Both the position numbers and the translations under genes were made by a program. A stretch of 64,000 nucleotides of DNA from Eledone cirrhosa (taxonomy: Eukaryota): NCBI GenBank assembly GCA_964016885.1, contig OZ024741.1, positions 394,010,001 to 394,074,000 of the forward strand, given 5' to 3'. This document shows, in pieces, positions 1 through 14,619 of this stretch. Each line of letters begins with the position of its first letter. Within the stretch, counting starts at the first letter, position 1. The notes below the pieces were generated by a model. That model searched no databases. It worked only from the letters and a program-made list of their open reading frames with translations, and was not told where the DNA came from.

Positions 1-1619
1 GTAAACAATATTAAAACATGTGAAGTATTATATTGTAAACAATATTAACACATGTAAAGTATTATATTGTAAACAATATTAAAACATGTGAAGTATTATA
101 TTGTAAACAATATTAAAACATGTGAAGTATTATATTGTAAACAATATTAACACATGTAAAGTATTATATTGTAAACAATATTAAAACATGTGAAGTATTA
201 TATTGTAAACAATATTAAAACATGTGAAGTATTATATCATAAACAATATTAACGCATGTGAAGTATTATATTGTAAACAATATTAAAACATGTGAAGTAT
301 TATATCATAAACAATATTAAAACATGTGAAGTATCATATTGTAAACAATATTAACGCATGTGAAGTATTATATTGTAAACAATATTAAAACATGTGAAGT
401 ATCATATCATAAACAATATTAACGCATGTGAAGTATTATATTATAAACAATATTAAAACATGTGAAGTATTATATCATATACAATATTAACACATGTTAA
501 TTATTATATCATAAAGAATATTAAAACATGTGAAGTATTATACTGTAAACAATATTAAAACATGTGAAGTATTATATTGTAAACAATATTAAAACATGTG
601 AAGTATTATATTGTAAACAATATTAAAACATGTGAGGTATTATATTGTAAACAATATTAACGCATGTGAAGTATTATATTGTAAACAATATTAAAACATG
701 TGAAGTATTATATCATAAACAATATTAACACATGTGAAGTATTATATCATAAACAATATTAAAACATGTGAAGTATTATATTGTAAACAATATTAAAACA
801 TGTGAAGTATTATGTCATAAACAGTATTAACACATGTGAAGTATTATATTGTAAACAATATTAACACATGTGAAGTATTATATCATAAACAATATTAAAA
901 CATGTGAAGTATTATATTGTAAACAATATTAACACATGTGAAGTATTATATTGTAAACAATATTAAAACATGTGAAGTATTATATCATAAACAATATTAA
1001 CGCATGTGAAGTATTATATTGTAAACAATATTAAAACATGTAAAGTATTATATCATAAACAATATTAACGCATGTGAAGTATTATATTGTAAACAATATT
1101 AAAACATGTGAAGTATTATATCATAAACAATATTAACACATGTGAAGTATTATATCATAAACAATATTAACACATGTGAAGTATTATATTGTAAACAATA
1201 TTAAAACATGTGAAGTATTATATTGTAAACAATATTAAAACATGTGAAGTATTATATTGTAAACAATATTAACGCATGTGAAGTATTATATCATAAACAA
1301 TATTAACACATGTGAAGTATTATATTGTAAACAATATTAACACATGTGAAGTATTAATTTTGTAAACAATATTAAAACATGTGAAGTATTATATTGTAAA
1401 CAATATTAAAACATGTGAAGTATTATATTGTAAACAATATTAACGCATGTGAAGTATTATATCATAAACAATATTAACGCATGTGAAGTATTATATCATA
1501 AACAATATTAACACATGTGAAGTATTATATTGTAAACAATATTAAAACATGTGAAGTATTATATTGTAAACAATATTAACACATGTAAAGTATTATATTC
1601 TAAACAATATTAACACATG

Positions 1620-4600
1620 TAAAGTATTATATTGTAAACAATATTAAAACAGGTGAAGTATTATATTTTAAACAATATTAAAACATGTGAAGTATTATAT
1701 CATAAACAATATTAACACATGTGAAGTATTATATTGTAAACAATATTAAAACATGTGAAGTATAATATTGTAAACAATATTAACACATGTAAAGTTTTAT
1801 ATTGTAAACAATATTAAATCATGTGAAGTATTGTATCGTAAACAATATTAACACATGTGATGTATTATATTGTAAACAATATTAAAACATGTGAAGTATT
1901 ATATCATAAACAATATAAACGCATGTGAAGTATTATATTGTAAACAATATTAAAACATGTGAAGTATTATATCATAAACAATATTAAAACATGTGAAGTA
2001 TCATATTGTAAACAATATTAACGCATGTGAAGTATTATATTGTAAACAATATTAAGACATGTGAAGTATCATATCATAAACAATATTAACGCATGTGAAG
2101 TATTATATTATAAACAATATTAAAACATGTGAAGTATTATATCATATACAATATTAACACATGTTAATTATTATATCATAAACAATATTAAAACATGTGA
2201 AGTATTATACTGTAAACAATATTAAAACATGTGAAGTATTATATTGTAAACAATATTAAAACATGTGAAGTATTATATTGTAAACAATATTAAAACATGT
2301 GAAGTATTATATTGTAAACAATATTAACGCATGTGAAGTATTATATCATAAACAATATTAACACATGTGAAGTATTATATTGTAAACAATATTAAAACGT
2401 GAAGTATTATATTGTAAACAATATTAACACATGTAAAGTATTATATTGTAAACAATATTAAAACATGTGAAGCATTATATTGTAAACAATATTAAAACAT
2501 GTGAAGTATTATATTGAAAACAATATTAACACATGTAAAGTATTATATTGTAAACAATATTAAAACATGTGAAGTATTATATTGTAAACAATATTAACGC
2601 ATGTGAAGTATTATATTGTAAACAATATTAAAACATGTGAAGTATTATATCATAAACAATATTAACACATGTGAAGTATTATATCATGAACAATATTAAA
2701 ACATGTGAAGTATTATATTGTAAATAATATTAAAACATGTGAAGTATTATGTCATAAACAATATTAACACATGTGAAGTATTATATCGTAAACAATATTA
2801 ACACATGTGAAGTATTATATCATAAACTATATTAAAACATGTGAAGTATTATATTGTAAACAATATTAACACATGTGAAGTATTATATTGTAAACAATAT
2901 TAAAACATGTGAAGTATTATATCATAAACAATATTAACGCATGTGAAGTATTATATTGTAAACAATATTAAAACATGTAAAGTATTATATCATAAACAAT
3001 ATTAACGCATGTGAAGTATTATATTGTAAACAATATTAAAACATGTGAAGTATTATATCATAAACAATATTAACACATGTGAAGTATTATATCATAAACA
3101 ATATTAAACCATGTGAAGTATTATATTGTAAACAATATTAACGCATGTGAATTATTATATTGTAAACAATATTAAAACATGTGAAGTATTATATCATAAA
3201 CAATATTAACGCATGTGAAGTATTATATTGTAAACAATATTAAACATGTGAAGTATTATATCATAAACAATATTAACACATGTGAAGTATTATATCATAA
3301 ACAATATTAACACATGTGAAGTATTATATCATAAACAATATTAAAACATGTGAAGTATTATATTGTAAACAATATTAAAACATGTGAAATATTATATTGT
3401 AAACAATATTAAAACATGTGAATTATTATATTGTAAACAATATTAACACATGTGAAGTATTATATTGTAAACAATATTAAAACATGTGAAGTATTATATT
3501 GTAAACAATATTAACACATGTGAAGTATTATATTGTAAACAATATTAAAACATGTGAAGTATTATATTGTAAACAATATTAAAACATGTGAAGTATTATA
3601 TTGTAAACAATATTAACGCATGTGAAGTATTATATCATAAACAATATTAACGCATGTGAAGTATTATATCATAAACAATATTAACACATGTGAAGTATTA
3701 TATTGTAAACAATATTAAAACATGTGAAGTATTATATTGTAAACAATATTAACACATGTAAAGTATTATATTGTAAACAATATTAAAACATGTGAAGTAT
3801 TATATTGTAAACAATATTAAAACATGTGAAGTATTATATTGTAAACAATATTAACACATGTAAAGTATTATATTGTAAACAATATTAAAACAGGTGAAGT
3901 ATTATATTTTAAACAATATTAAAACATGTGAAGTATTATATCATAAACAATATTAACACATGTGAAGTATTATATTGTAAACAATATTAAAACATGTGAA
4001 GTATAATATTGTAAACAATATTAACACATGTAAAGTATTATATTGTAAACAATATTAAATCATGTGAAGTATTGTATCGTAAACAATATTAACACATGTG
4101 ATGTATTATATTGTAAACAATATTAAAACATGTGAAGTATTATATCATAAACAATATAAACGCATGTGAAATATTATATTGTAAACAATATTAAAACATG
4201 TGAAGTATTATATCATAAACAATATTAAAACATGTGAAGTATCATATTGTAAACAATATTAACGCATGTGAAGTATTATATTGTAAACAATATTAAGACA
4301 TGTGAAGTATCATATCATAAACAATATTAACGCATGTGAAGTATTATATTATAAACAATATTAAAACATGTGAAGTATTATATCATATACAATATTAACA
4401 CATGTTAATTATTATATCATAAACAATATTAAAACATGTGAAGTATTATACTGTAAACAATATTAAAACATGTGAAGTATTATATTGTAAACAATATTAA
4501 AACATGTGAAGTATTATATTGTAAACAATATTAAAACATGTGAAGTATTATATTGTAAACAATATTAACGCATGTGAAGTATTATATCATAAACAATATT

Positions 4601-5560
4601 AACACATGTGAAGTATTATATTGTAAACAATATTAAAACGTGAAGTATTATATTGTAAACAATATTAACACATGTAAAGTATTATATTGTAAACAATATT
4701 AAAACATGTGAAGCATTATATTGTAAACAATATTAAAACATGTGAAGTATTATATTGAAAACAATATTAACACATGTAAAGTATTATATTGTAAACAATA
4801 TTAAAACATGTGAAGTATTATATTGTAAACAATATTAACGCATGTGAAGTATTATATTGCAAACAATATTAAAACATGTGAAGTATTATATCATAAACAA
4901 TATTAACACATGTGAAGTATTATATCATGAACAATATTAAAACATGTGAAGTATTATATTGTAAACAATATTAACACATGTGAAGTATTATATTGTAAAC
5001 AATATTAACACATGTGAAGTATTATATCATAAACTATATTAAAACATGTGAAGTATTATATTGTAAACAATATTAACACATGTGAAGTATTATATTGTAA
5101 ACAATATTAAAACATGTGAAGTATTATATCATAAACAATATTAACGCATGTGAAGTATTATATTGTAAACAATATTAAAACATGTAAAGTATTATATCAT
5201 AAACAATATTAACGCATGTGAAGTATTATATTGTAAACAATATTAAAACATGTGAAGTATTATATCATAAACAATATTAACACATGTGAAGTATTATATC
5301 ATAAACAATATTAAAACATGTGAAGTATTATATTGTAAACAATATTAACGCATGTGAATTATTATATTGTAAACAATATTAAAACATGTGAAGTATTATA
5401 TCATAAACAATATTAACGCATGTGAAGTATTATATTGTAAACAATATTAAAACATGTGAAGTATTATATCATAAACAATATTAACACATGTGAAGTATTA
5501 TATCATAAACAATATTAACACATGTGAAGTATTATATCATAAACAATATTAAAACATGTG
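1620..5560. repeat. Higher-order duplication, offset 2241 bp (~66 monomers), dropping to 2207 bp in the distal part
   Basis: Rare markers recur at +2241: caggtg 1650/3891, tcgt 1837/4078, taagacat 2056/4297, 2-bp deletion aaaacgtg 2398/4639, tcatgaac 2688/4929. aaactatatt 2828/5035 is at +2207 (one monomer lost). Edges approximate. Confidence 0.9.
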
Positions 5561-7499
5561 AAGTATTATATTGTAAACAATATTAAAACATGTGAGGTAT
5601 TATATTGTAACCAATATTAACACATGTGAAGTATTATATTGTAAACAATATTAAAACATGTGAAGTATTATATTGTAAACAATATTAACACATGTGATGT
5701 ATTATATTGTAAACAATATTAACACATGTGAAGTATTATATTGTAAACAATATTAAAACATGTGAAGTATTATATTGTAAACAATATTAACACATGTAAA
5801 GTATTATATTGTAAACAATAGTAAAACATGTGAAGTATGATATCATAAACAATATTAACACATGTGAAGTATTATATTGTAAACAATATTAAAACATGTG
5901 AAATATTATATTGTAAACAATATTAAAACATGTGAATTATTATATTGTAAACAATATTAACACATGTGAAGTATTATATTGTAAACAATATTAAAACATG
6001 TGAAGTATTATATTGTAAACAATATTAACACATGTGAAGTATTATATTGTAAACAATATTAACACACGTGAAGTATTATATTGTAAACAATATTAAAACA
6101 TGTGAAGTATTATATTGTAAACAATATTAACACATGTAAAGTATTATATTGTAAACAATATTAAAACATGTGAAATATTATATCATAAACAATATTAACA
6201 CATGTGAAGTATTATATTGTAAACAATATTAAAACATGTGAAGTATTATATTGTAAACAATATTAAAACATGTGAAGTATTATATTGTAAACAATATTAA
6301 CACATGTAAAGGATTATATTTTAAACAATATTAAAACATGTGAGGTATTATATCATAAACAATATTAACACATGTGAAGTATTATATTGTAAACAATATT
6401 AAAACATGTGAAGTATTATATTGTAAACAATATTAACGCATGTGAAGTATTATATCATAAACAATATTAACACATGTGAAGTATTATATTGTAAACAATA
6501 TTAACAAATGTGAAGTATTATATTGTAAACAATATTAAAACATGTGAAGTATTATATTGTAAACAATATTAAAACATGTGCAGTATTATATTGTAAACAA
6601 TATTAACGCATGTGAAGTATTATATCATAAACAATATTAACGCATGTGAAGTATTATATCATAAACAATATTAACACATGTGAAGTATTATATTGTAAAC
6701 AATATTAAAACATGTGAAGTATTATATTGTAAACAATATTAACACATGTAAAGTATTATATTGTAAACAATATTAAAACATGTGAAGTATTATATTGTAA
6801 ACAATATTAAAACATGTGAAGTATTATATCATAAACAATATTAACGCATGTGAAGTATTATATTGTAAACAATATTAACACATGTGAAGTATTATATTGT
6901 AAACAATATTAAAACATGTGAAGTATTATATTGTAAACAATATTAACACATGTGAAGTATTATATTGTAAACAATATTAACACATGTGAAGTATTATATT
7001 GTAAACAATATTAAAACATGTGAAGTATTATATTGTAAACAATATTAACACATGTAAAGTATTATATTGTAAACAATATTAAAACATGTGAAATATTATA
7101 TCATAAACAATATTAACACATGTGAAGTATTATATTGTAAACAATATTAAAACATGTGAAGTATTATATTGTAAACAATATTAAAACATGTGAAGTATTA
7201 TATTGTAAACAATATTAACACATGTAAAGGATTATATTGTAAACAATATTAAAACATGTGAGGTATTATATCATAAACAATATTAACACATTTGAAGTAT
7301 TATATGGTAAACAATATTAAAACATGTGAAGTATTATATTGTAAACAATATTAAAACATGTGAAGTATTATATTGTAAACAATATTAAAACATGTGAAGT
7401 ACTATATCATAAACAATATTAAAACATGTGAAGTATTATATTGTAAACAATATTAACACATGTGAAGTATTATATTGTAAACAATATTAACACATGTGA

Positions 7500-10400
7500 A
7501 GTATTATATTGTAAACAATATTAAAACATGTGAAGTATTATATTGTAAACAATATAAACACATGTAAAGTATTATATTGTAAACAATATTAACACATGTG
7601 AAGTATTATATCATAAACAATATTAACACATGTGAAGTATTATATTGTAAACAATATTAAAACATGTGAAGCATTATATTGTAAACAATATTAAAACATG
7701 TGAAGTATTATATTGAAAACAATATTAACACATGTAAAGTATTATATTGTAAACAATATTAAAACATGTGAAGTATTATATTGTAAACAATATTAACGCA
7801 TGTGAAGTATTATATTGTAAACAATATTAAAACATGTGAAGTATTATATCATAAACAATATTAACACATGTGAATTATTATATCATAAACAATATTAAAA
7901 CATGTGAAGTATTATATTGTAAATAATATTAAAACATGTGAAGTATTATGTCATAAACAATATTAACACATGTGAAGTATTATATTGTAAACAATATTAA
8001 CACATGTGAAGTATTATATCATAAACAATATTAAAACATGTGAAGTATTATATTGTAAACAATATTAACACATGTGAAGTATTATATTGTAAACAATATT
8101 AAAACATGTGAAGTATTATATCATAAACAATATTAACGCATGTGAAGTATTATATTGTAAACAATATTAAAACATGTAAAGTATTATATCATAAACAATA
8201 TTAACGCATGTGAAGTATTATATTGTAAACAATATTAAAACATGTGAAGTATTATATCATTAACAATATTAACACATGTGAACTATTATATCATAAACAA
8301 TATTAAAACATGTGAAGTATTATATTGTAAACAATATTAACGCATGTGATGTATTATATTGTAAACAATATTAAAACATGTGAAGTATTATATCATAAAC
8401 AATATTAACGCATGTGAAGTATTACATTGTAAACAATATTAAAACATGTGAAGTATTATATCATAAACAATATTAACACATGTGAAGTATTATATCATAA
8501 ACAATATTAACACATGTGAAGTATTATATCATAAACAATATTAAAACATGTGAAGTATTATATTGTAAACAATATTAAAAAAGTGAGGTATTATATTGTA
8601 AACAATATTAACACATGTGAAGTATTATATTGTAAACAATATTAAAACATGTGAAGTATTATATTGTAAACAATATTAACACATGTGAAGTATTATATTG
8701 TAAACAATATTAACACATGTGAAGTATTATATTGTAAACAATATTAAAACATGTGAAGTATTATATTGTAAACAATATTAACACATGTAAAGTATTATAT
8801 TTTAAACAATAGTAAAACATGTGAAGTATGATATCATAAACAATATTAACACATGTGAAGTATTATATTGTAAACAATATTAAAACATGTGAAATATTAT
8901 ACTGTAAACAATATTAAAACATGTGAATTATTATATTGTAAACAATATTAACACATGTGAAGTATTATATTGTAAACAATATTAACACATGTGAAGTATT
9001 ATATTGTAAACAATATTAACACATGTGAAGTATTATATTGTAAACAATATTAAAACATGTGAAGTATTATATTGTAAACAATATTAACACATGTAAAGTA
9101 TTATATTGTAAACAATATTAAAACATGTGAAATATTATATCATAAACAATATTGACACATGTGAAGTATTATATTGTAAACAATATTAAAACATGTGAAG
9201 TATTATATTGTAAACAATATTAAAACATGTGAAGTATTATATTGTAAACAATATTAACACATGTAAAGGATTATATTGTAAACAATATTAAATATGTGAG
9301 GTATTATATCATAAACAATATTAACACATGTGAAGTATTATATGGTAAACAATATTAAAACATGTGAAGTATTATATTGTAAACAATATTAAAACATTTG
9401 AAGTATTATATTGTAAACAATATTAAAACATGTGAAGTACTATATCATAAACAATATTAAAACATGTGAAGTATTATATTGTAAACAATATTAACACATG
9501 TGAAGTATTATATTGTAAACAATATTAACACATGTGAAGTATTATATTGTAAACAATATTAAAACATGTGAAGTATTATATTGTAAACGATATAAACACA
9601 TGTAAAGTATTATATTGTAAACAATATTAACACATGTGAAGTATTATATCATAAACAATATTAACACATGTGAAGTATTATATTGTAAACAATATTAAAA
9701 CATGTGAAGTATTTTATTGTAAACAATATTAAAACATGTGAAGTATTATATTGTAAACAATATTAACGCATGTGAAGTATTATATTGTAAACAATATTAA
9801 CGCATGTGAAGTATTATATGATAAACAATATTAACGCATGTGAAGTATTATATCATAAACAATATTAACACATGTGAAGTATTATATTGTAAACAATATT
9901 AACACATGTGAAGTATTATATTGTAAACAATATTAACACATGTGAAGTATTATATTGTAAACAATATTAAAACATGTGAAGTATTATATTGTAAACAATA
10001 TAAACACATGTAAAGTATTATATTGTAAACAATATTAACGCATGTGAAGTATTATATCATAAACAATATTAACACATGTGAAGTATTATATTGTAAACAA
10101 TATTAACAAATGTGAAGTATTATATTGTAAACAATATTAAAACATGTGAAGTATTATATTGTAAACAATATTAAAACATGTGAAGTATTATATTGTAAAC
10201 AATATTAACGCATGTGAAGTATTATATCATAAACAATATTAACGCATGTGAAGTATTATATCATAAACAATATTAACACATGTGAAGTATTATATTGTAA
10301 ACAATATTAAAACATGTGAAGTATTATATTGTAAACAATATTAACACATGTGAAGTATTATATTGTAAACAATATTAACACATGTGAAGTATTATATTGT

Positions 10401-12680
10401 AAACAATATTAAAACATGTGAAGTATTATATTGTAAACAATATTAACACATGTAAAGTATTATATTGTAAACAATATTAAAACATGTGAAATATTATATC
10501 ATAAACAATATTAACACATGTGAAGTATTATATTGTAAACAATATTAAAACATGTGAAGTATTATATTGTAAACAATATTAAAACATGTGAAGTATTATA
10601 TTGTAAACAATATTAACACATGTAAAGGATTACATTGTAAACAATATTAAAACATGTGAGGTATTATATCATAAACAATATTAACACATGTGAAGTACTA
10701 TATCATAAACAATGTTAAAACATGTGAAGTATTATATTGTAAACAATATTAACACATGTGAAGTATTATATTGTAAACAATATTAACACATGTGAAGTAT
10801 TATATTGTAAACAATATTAAAACATGTGAAGTATTATATTGTAAACAATATAAACACATGTAAAGTATTATATTGTAAACAATATTAACACATGTGAAGT
10901 ATTATATCATAAACAATATTAACACATGTGAAGTATTATATTGTAAACAATATTAAAACATGTGAAGCATTATATTGTAAACAATATTAAAACATGTGAA
11001 GTATTATATTGAAAACAATATTAACACATGTAAAGTATTATATTGTAAACAATATTAAAACATGTGAAGTATTATATTGTAAACAATATTAACGCATGTG
11101 AAGTATTATATTGTAAACAATATTAAAACATGTGAAGTATTATATCATAAACAATATTAACACATGTGAAGTATTATATCATAAACAATATTAAAACATG
11201 TGAAGTATTATATTGTAAATAATATTAAAACATGTGAAGTATTATGTCATAAACAATATTAACACATGTGAAGTATTATATTGTAAACAATATTAACACA
11301 TGTGAAGTATTATATCATAAACAATATTAAAACATGTGAAGTATTATATTGTAAACAATATTAACACATGTGAAGTATTATATTGTAAACAATATTAAAA
11401 CATGTGAAGTATTATATCATAAACAATATTAACGCATGTGAAGTATTATATTGTAAACAATATTAAAACATGTAAAGTATTATATCATAAACAATATTAA
11501 CGCATGTGAAGTATTATATTGTAAACAATATTAAAACATGTGAAGTATTATATCATTAACAATATTAACACATGTGAAGTATTATATCATAAACAATATT
11601 AAAACATGTGAAGTATTATATTGTAAACAATATTAACGCATGTGATGTATTATATTGTAAACAATATTAAAACATGTGAAGTATTATATCATAAACAATA
11701 TTAACGCATGTGAAGTATTACATTGTAAACAATATTAAAACATGTGAAGTATTATATCATAAACAATATTAACACATGTGAAGTATTATATCATAAACAA
11801 TATTAACACATGTGAAGTATTATATCATAAACAATATTAAAACATGTGAAGTATTATATTGTAAACAATATTAAAAAAAGTGAGGTATTATATTGTAAAC
11901 AATATTAACACATGTGAAGTATTATATTGTAAACAATATTAAAACATGTGAAGTATTATATTGTAAACAATATTAACACATGTGAAGTATTATATTGTAA
12001 ACAATATTAACACATGTGAAGTATTATATTGTAAACAATATTAAAACATGTGAAGTATTATATTGTAAACAATATTAACACATGTAAAGTATTATATTGT
12101 AAACAATAGTAAAACATGTGAAGTATGATATCATAAACAATATTAACACATGTGAAGTATTATATTGTAAACAATATTAAAACATGTGAAATATTATACT
12201 GTAAACAATATTAAAACATGTGAATTATTATATTGTAAACAATATTAACACATGTGAAGTATTATATTGTAAACAATATTAACACATGTGAAGTATTATA
12301 TTGTAAACAATATTAACACATGTGAAGTATTATATTGTAAACAATATTAAAACATGTGAAGTATTATATTGTAAACAATATTAACACATGTAAAGTATTA
12401 TATTGTAAACAATATTAAAACATGTGAAATATTATATCATAAACAATATTGACACATGTGAAGTATTATATTGTAAACAATATTAAAACATGTGAAGTAT
12501 TATATTGTAAACAATATTAAAACATGTGAAGTATTATATTGTAAACAATATTAACACATGTAAAGGATTATATTGTAAACAATATTAAATATGTGAGGTA
12601 TTATATCATAAACAATATTAACACATGTGAAGTATTATATGGTAAACAATATTAAAACATGTGAAGTATTATATTGTAAA
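7500..12680. repeat. Higher-order duplication, offset ~3297 bp (~97 monomers): ~7.5-9.4 kb copied at ~10.8-12.7 kb
   Basis: aaaagtgagg 8583/11880, attgacac 9154/12451 and aatagtaa 8812/12109 are at +3297. ttgaaaac 7716/11012 is at +3296. Confidence 0.85.
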
Positions 12681-13735
12681 CAATATTAACGCATGTGATG
12701 TATTATATTGTAAACAATATTAAAACATGTGAAGTATTATATCATAAACAATATTAACGCATGTGAAGTATTACATTGTAAACAATATTAAAACATGTGA
12801 AGTATTATATCATAAACAATATTAACACATGTGAAGTATTATATCATAAACAATATTAACACATGTGAAGTATTATATCATAAACAATATTAAAACATGT
12901 GAAGTATTATATTGTAAACAATATTAAAAAAAGTGAGGTATTATATTGTAAACAATATTAACACATGTGAAGTATTATATTGTAAACAATATTAAAACAT
13001 GTGAAGTATTATATTGTAAACAATATTAACACATGTGAAGTATTATATTGTAAACAATATTAACACATGTGAAGTATTATATTGTAAACAATATTAAAAC
13101 ATGTGAAGTATTATATTGTAAACAATATTAACACATGTAAAGTATTATATTGTAAACAATAGTAAAACATGTGAAGTATGATATCATAAACAATATTAAC
13201 ACATGTGAAGTATTATATTGTAAACAATATTAAAACATGTGAAATATTATACTGTAAACAATATTAAAACATGTGAATTATTATATTGTAAACAATATTA
13301 ACACATGTGAAGTATTATATTGTAAACAATATTAACACATGTGAAGTATTATATTGTAAACAATATTAACACATGTGAAGTATTATATTGTAAACAATAT
13401 TAAAACATGTGAAGTATTATATTGTAAACAATATTAACACATGTAAAGTATTGTATTGTAAACAATATTAAAACATGTGAAATATTATATCATAAACAAT
13501 ATTGACACATGTGAAGTATTATATTGTAAACAATATTAAAACATGTGAAGTATTATATTGTAAACAATATTAAAACATGTGAAGTATTATATTGTAAACA
13601 ATATTAACACATGTAAAGGATTATATTGTAAACAATATTAAATATGTGAGGTATTATATCATAAACAATATTAACACATGTGAAGTATTATATGGTAAAC
13701 AATATTAAAACATGTGAAGTATTATATTGTAAACA
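11630..13735. repeat. Tandem duplication of a 31-monomer block (1053 bp)
   Basis: aaaaaagtgagg 11880/12933, attgacac 12451/13504 and aatagtaa 12109/13162 are all at +1053. Confidence 0.9.
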
Positions 13736-14619
13736 ATATTAAAACATTTGAAGTATTATATTGTAAACAATATTAAAACATGTGAAGTACTATATCATAA
13801 ACAATATTAAAACATGTGAAGTATTATATTGTAAACAATATTAACACATGTGAAGTATTATATTGTAAACAATATTAACACATGTGAAGTATTATATTGT
13901 AAACAATATTATAACATGTGAAGTATTATATTGTAAACAATATAAACACATGTAAAGTATTATATTGTAAACAATATTAACACATGTGAAGTATTATATC
14001 ATAAACAATATTAACACATGTGAAGTATTATATTGTAAACAATATTAAAACATGTGAAGTATTATATTGTAAACAATATTAAAACATGTGAAGTATTATA
14101 TTGTAAACAATATTAACGCATGTGAAGTATTATATCATAAACAATATTAACACATGTGAAGTATTATATTGTAAACAATATTAACACATGTGAAGTATTA
14201 TATTGTAAACAATATTAAAACATGTGAAGTATTATATTGTAAACAATATTAAAACATGTGAAGTATTATATTGTAAACAATATTAACGCATGTGAAGTAT
14301 TATATCATAAACAATATTAACGCATGTGAAGTATTATATCATAAACAATATTAACACATGTGAAGTATTATATTGTAAACAATATTAAAACATGTGAAAT
14401 ATTATATTGTAAACAATATTAACACATGTAAAGTATTATATTGTAAACAATATTAAAACATGTGAATTATTATATTGTATACAATATTAAAACATGTGAA
14501 GTATTATATTGTAAACAATATTAACACATGTAAAGTATTATATTGTAAACAATATTAAAACATGTGAAGTATTATATTGTAAACAATATTAAAACATGTG
14601 AAGTATTATATCATAAACA

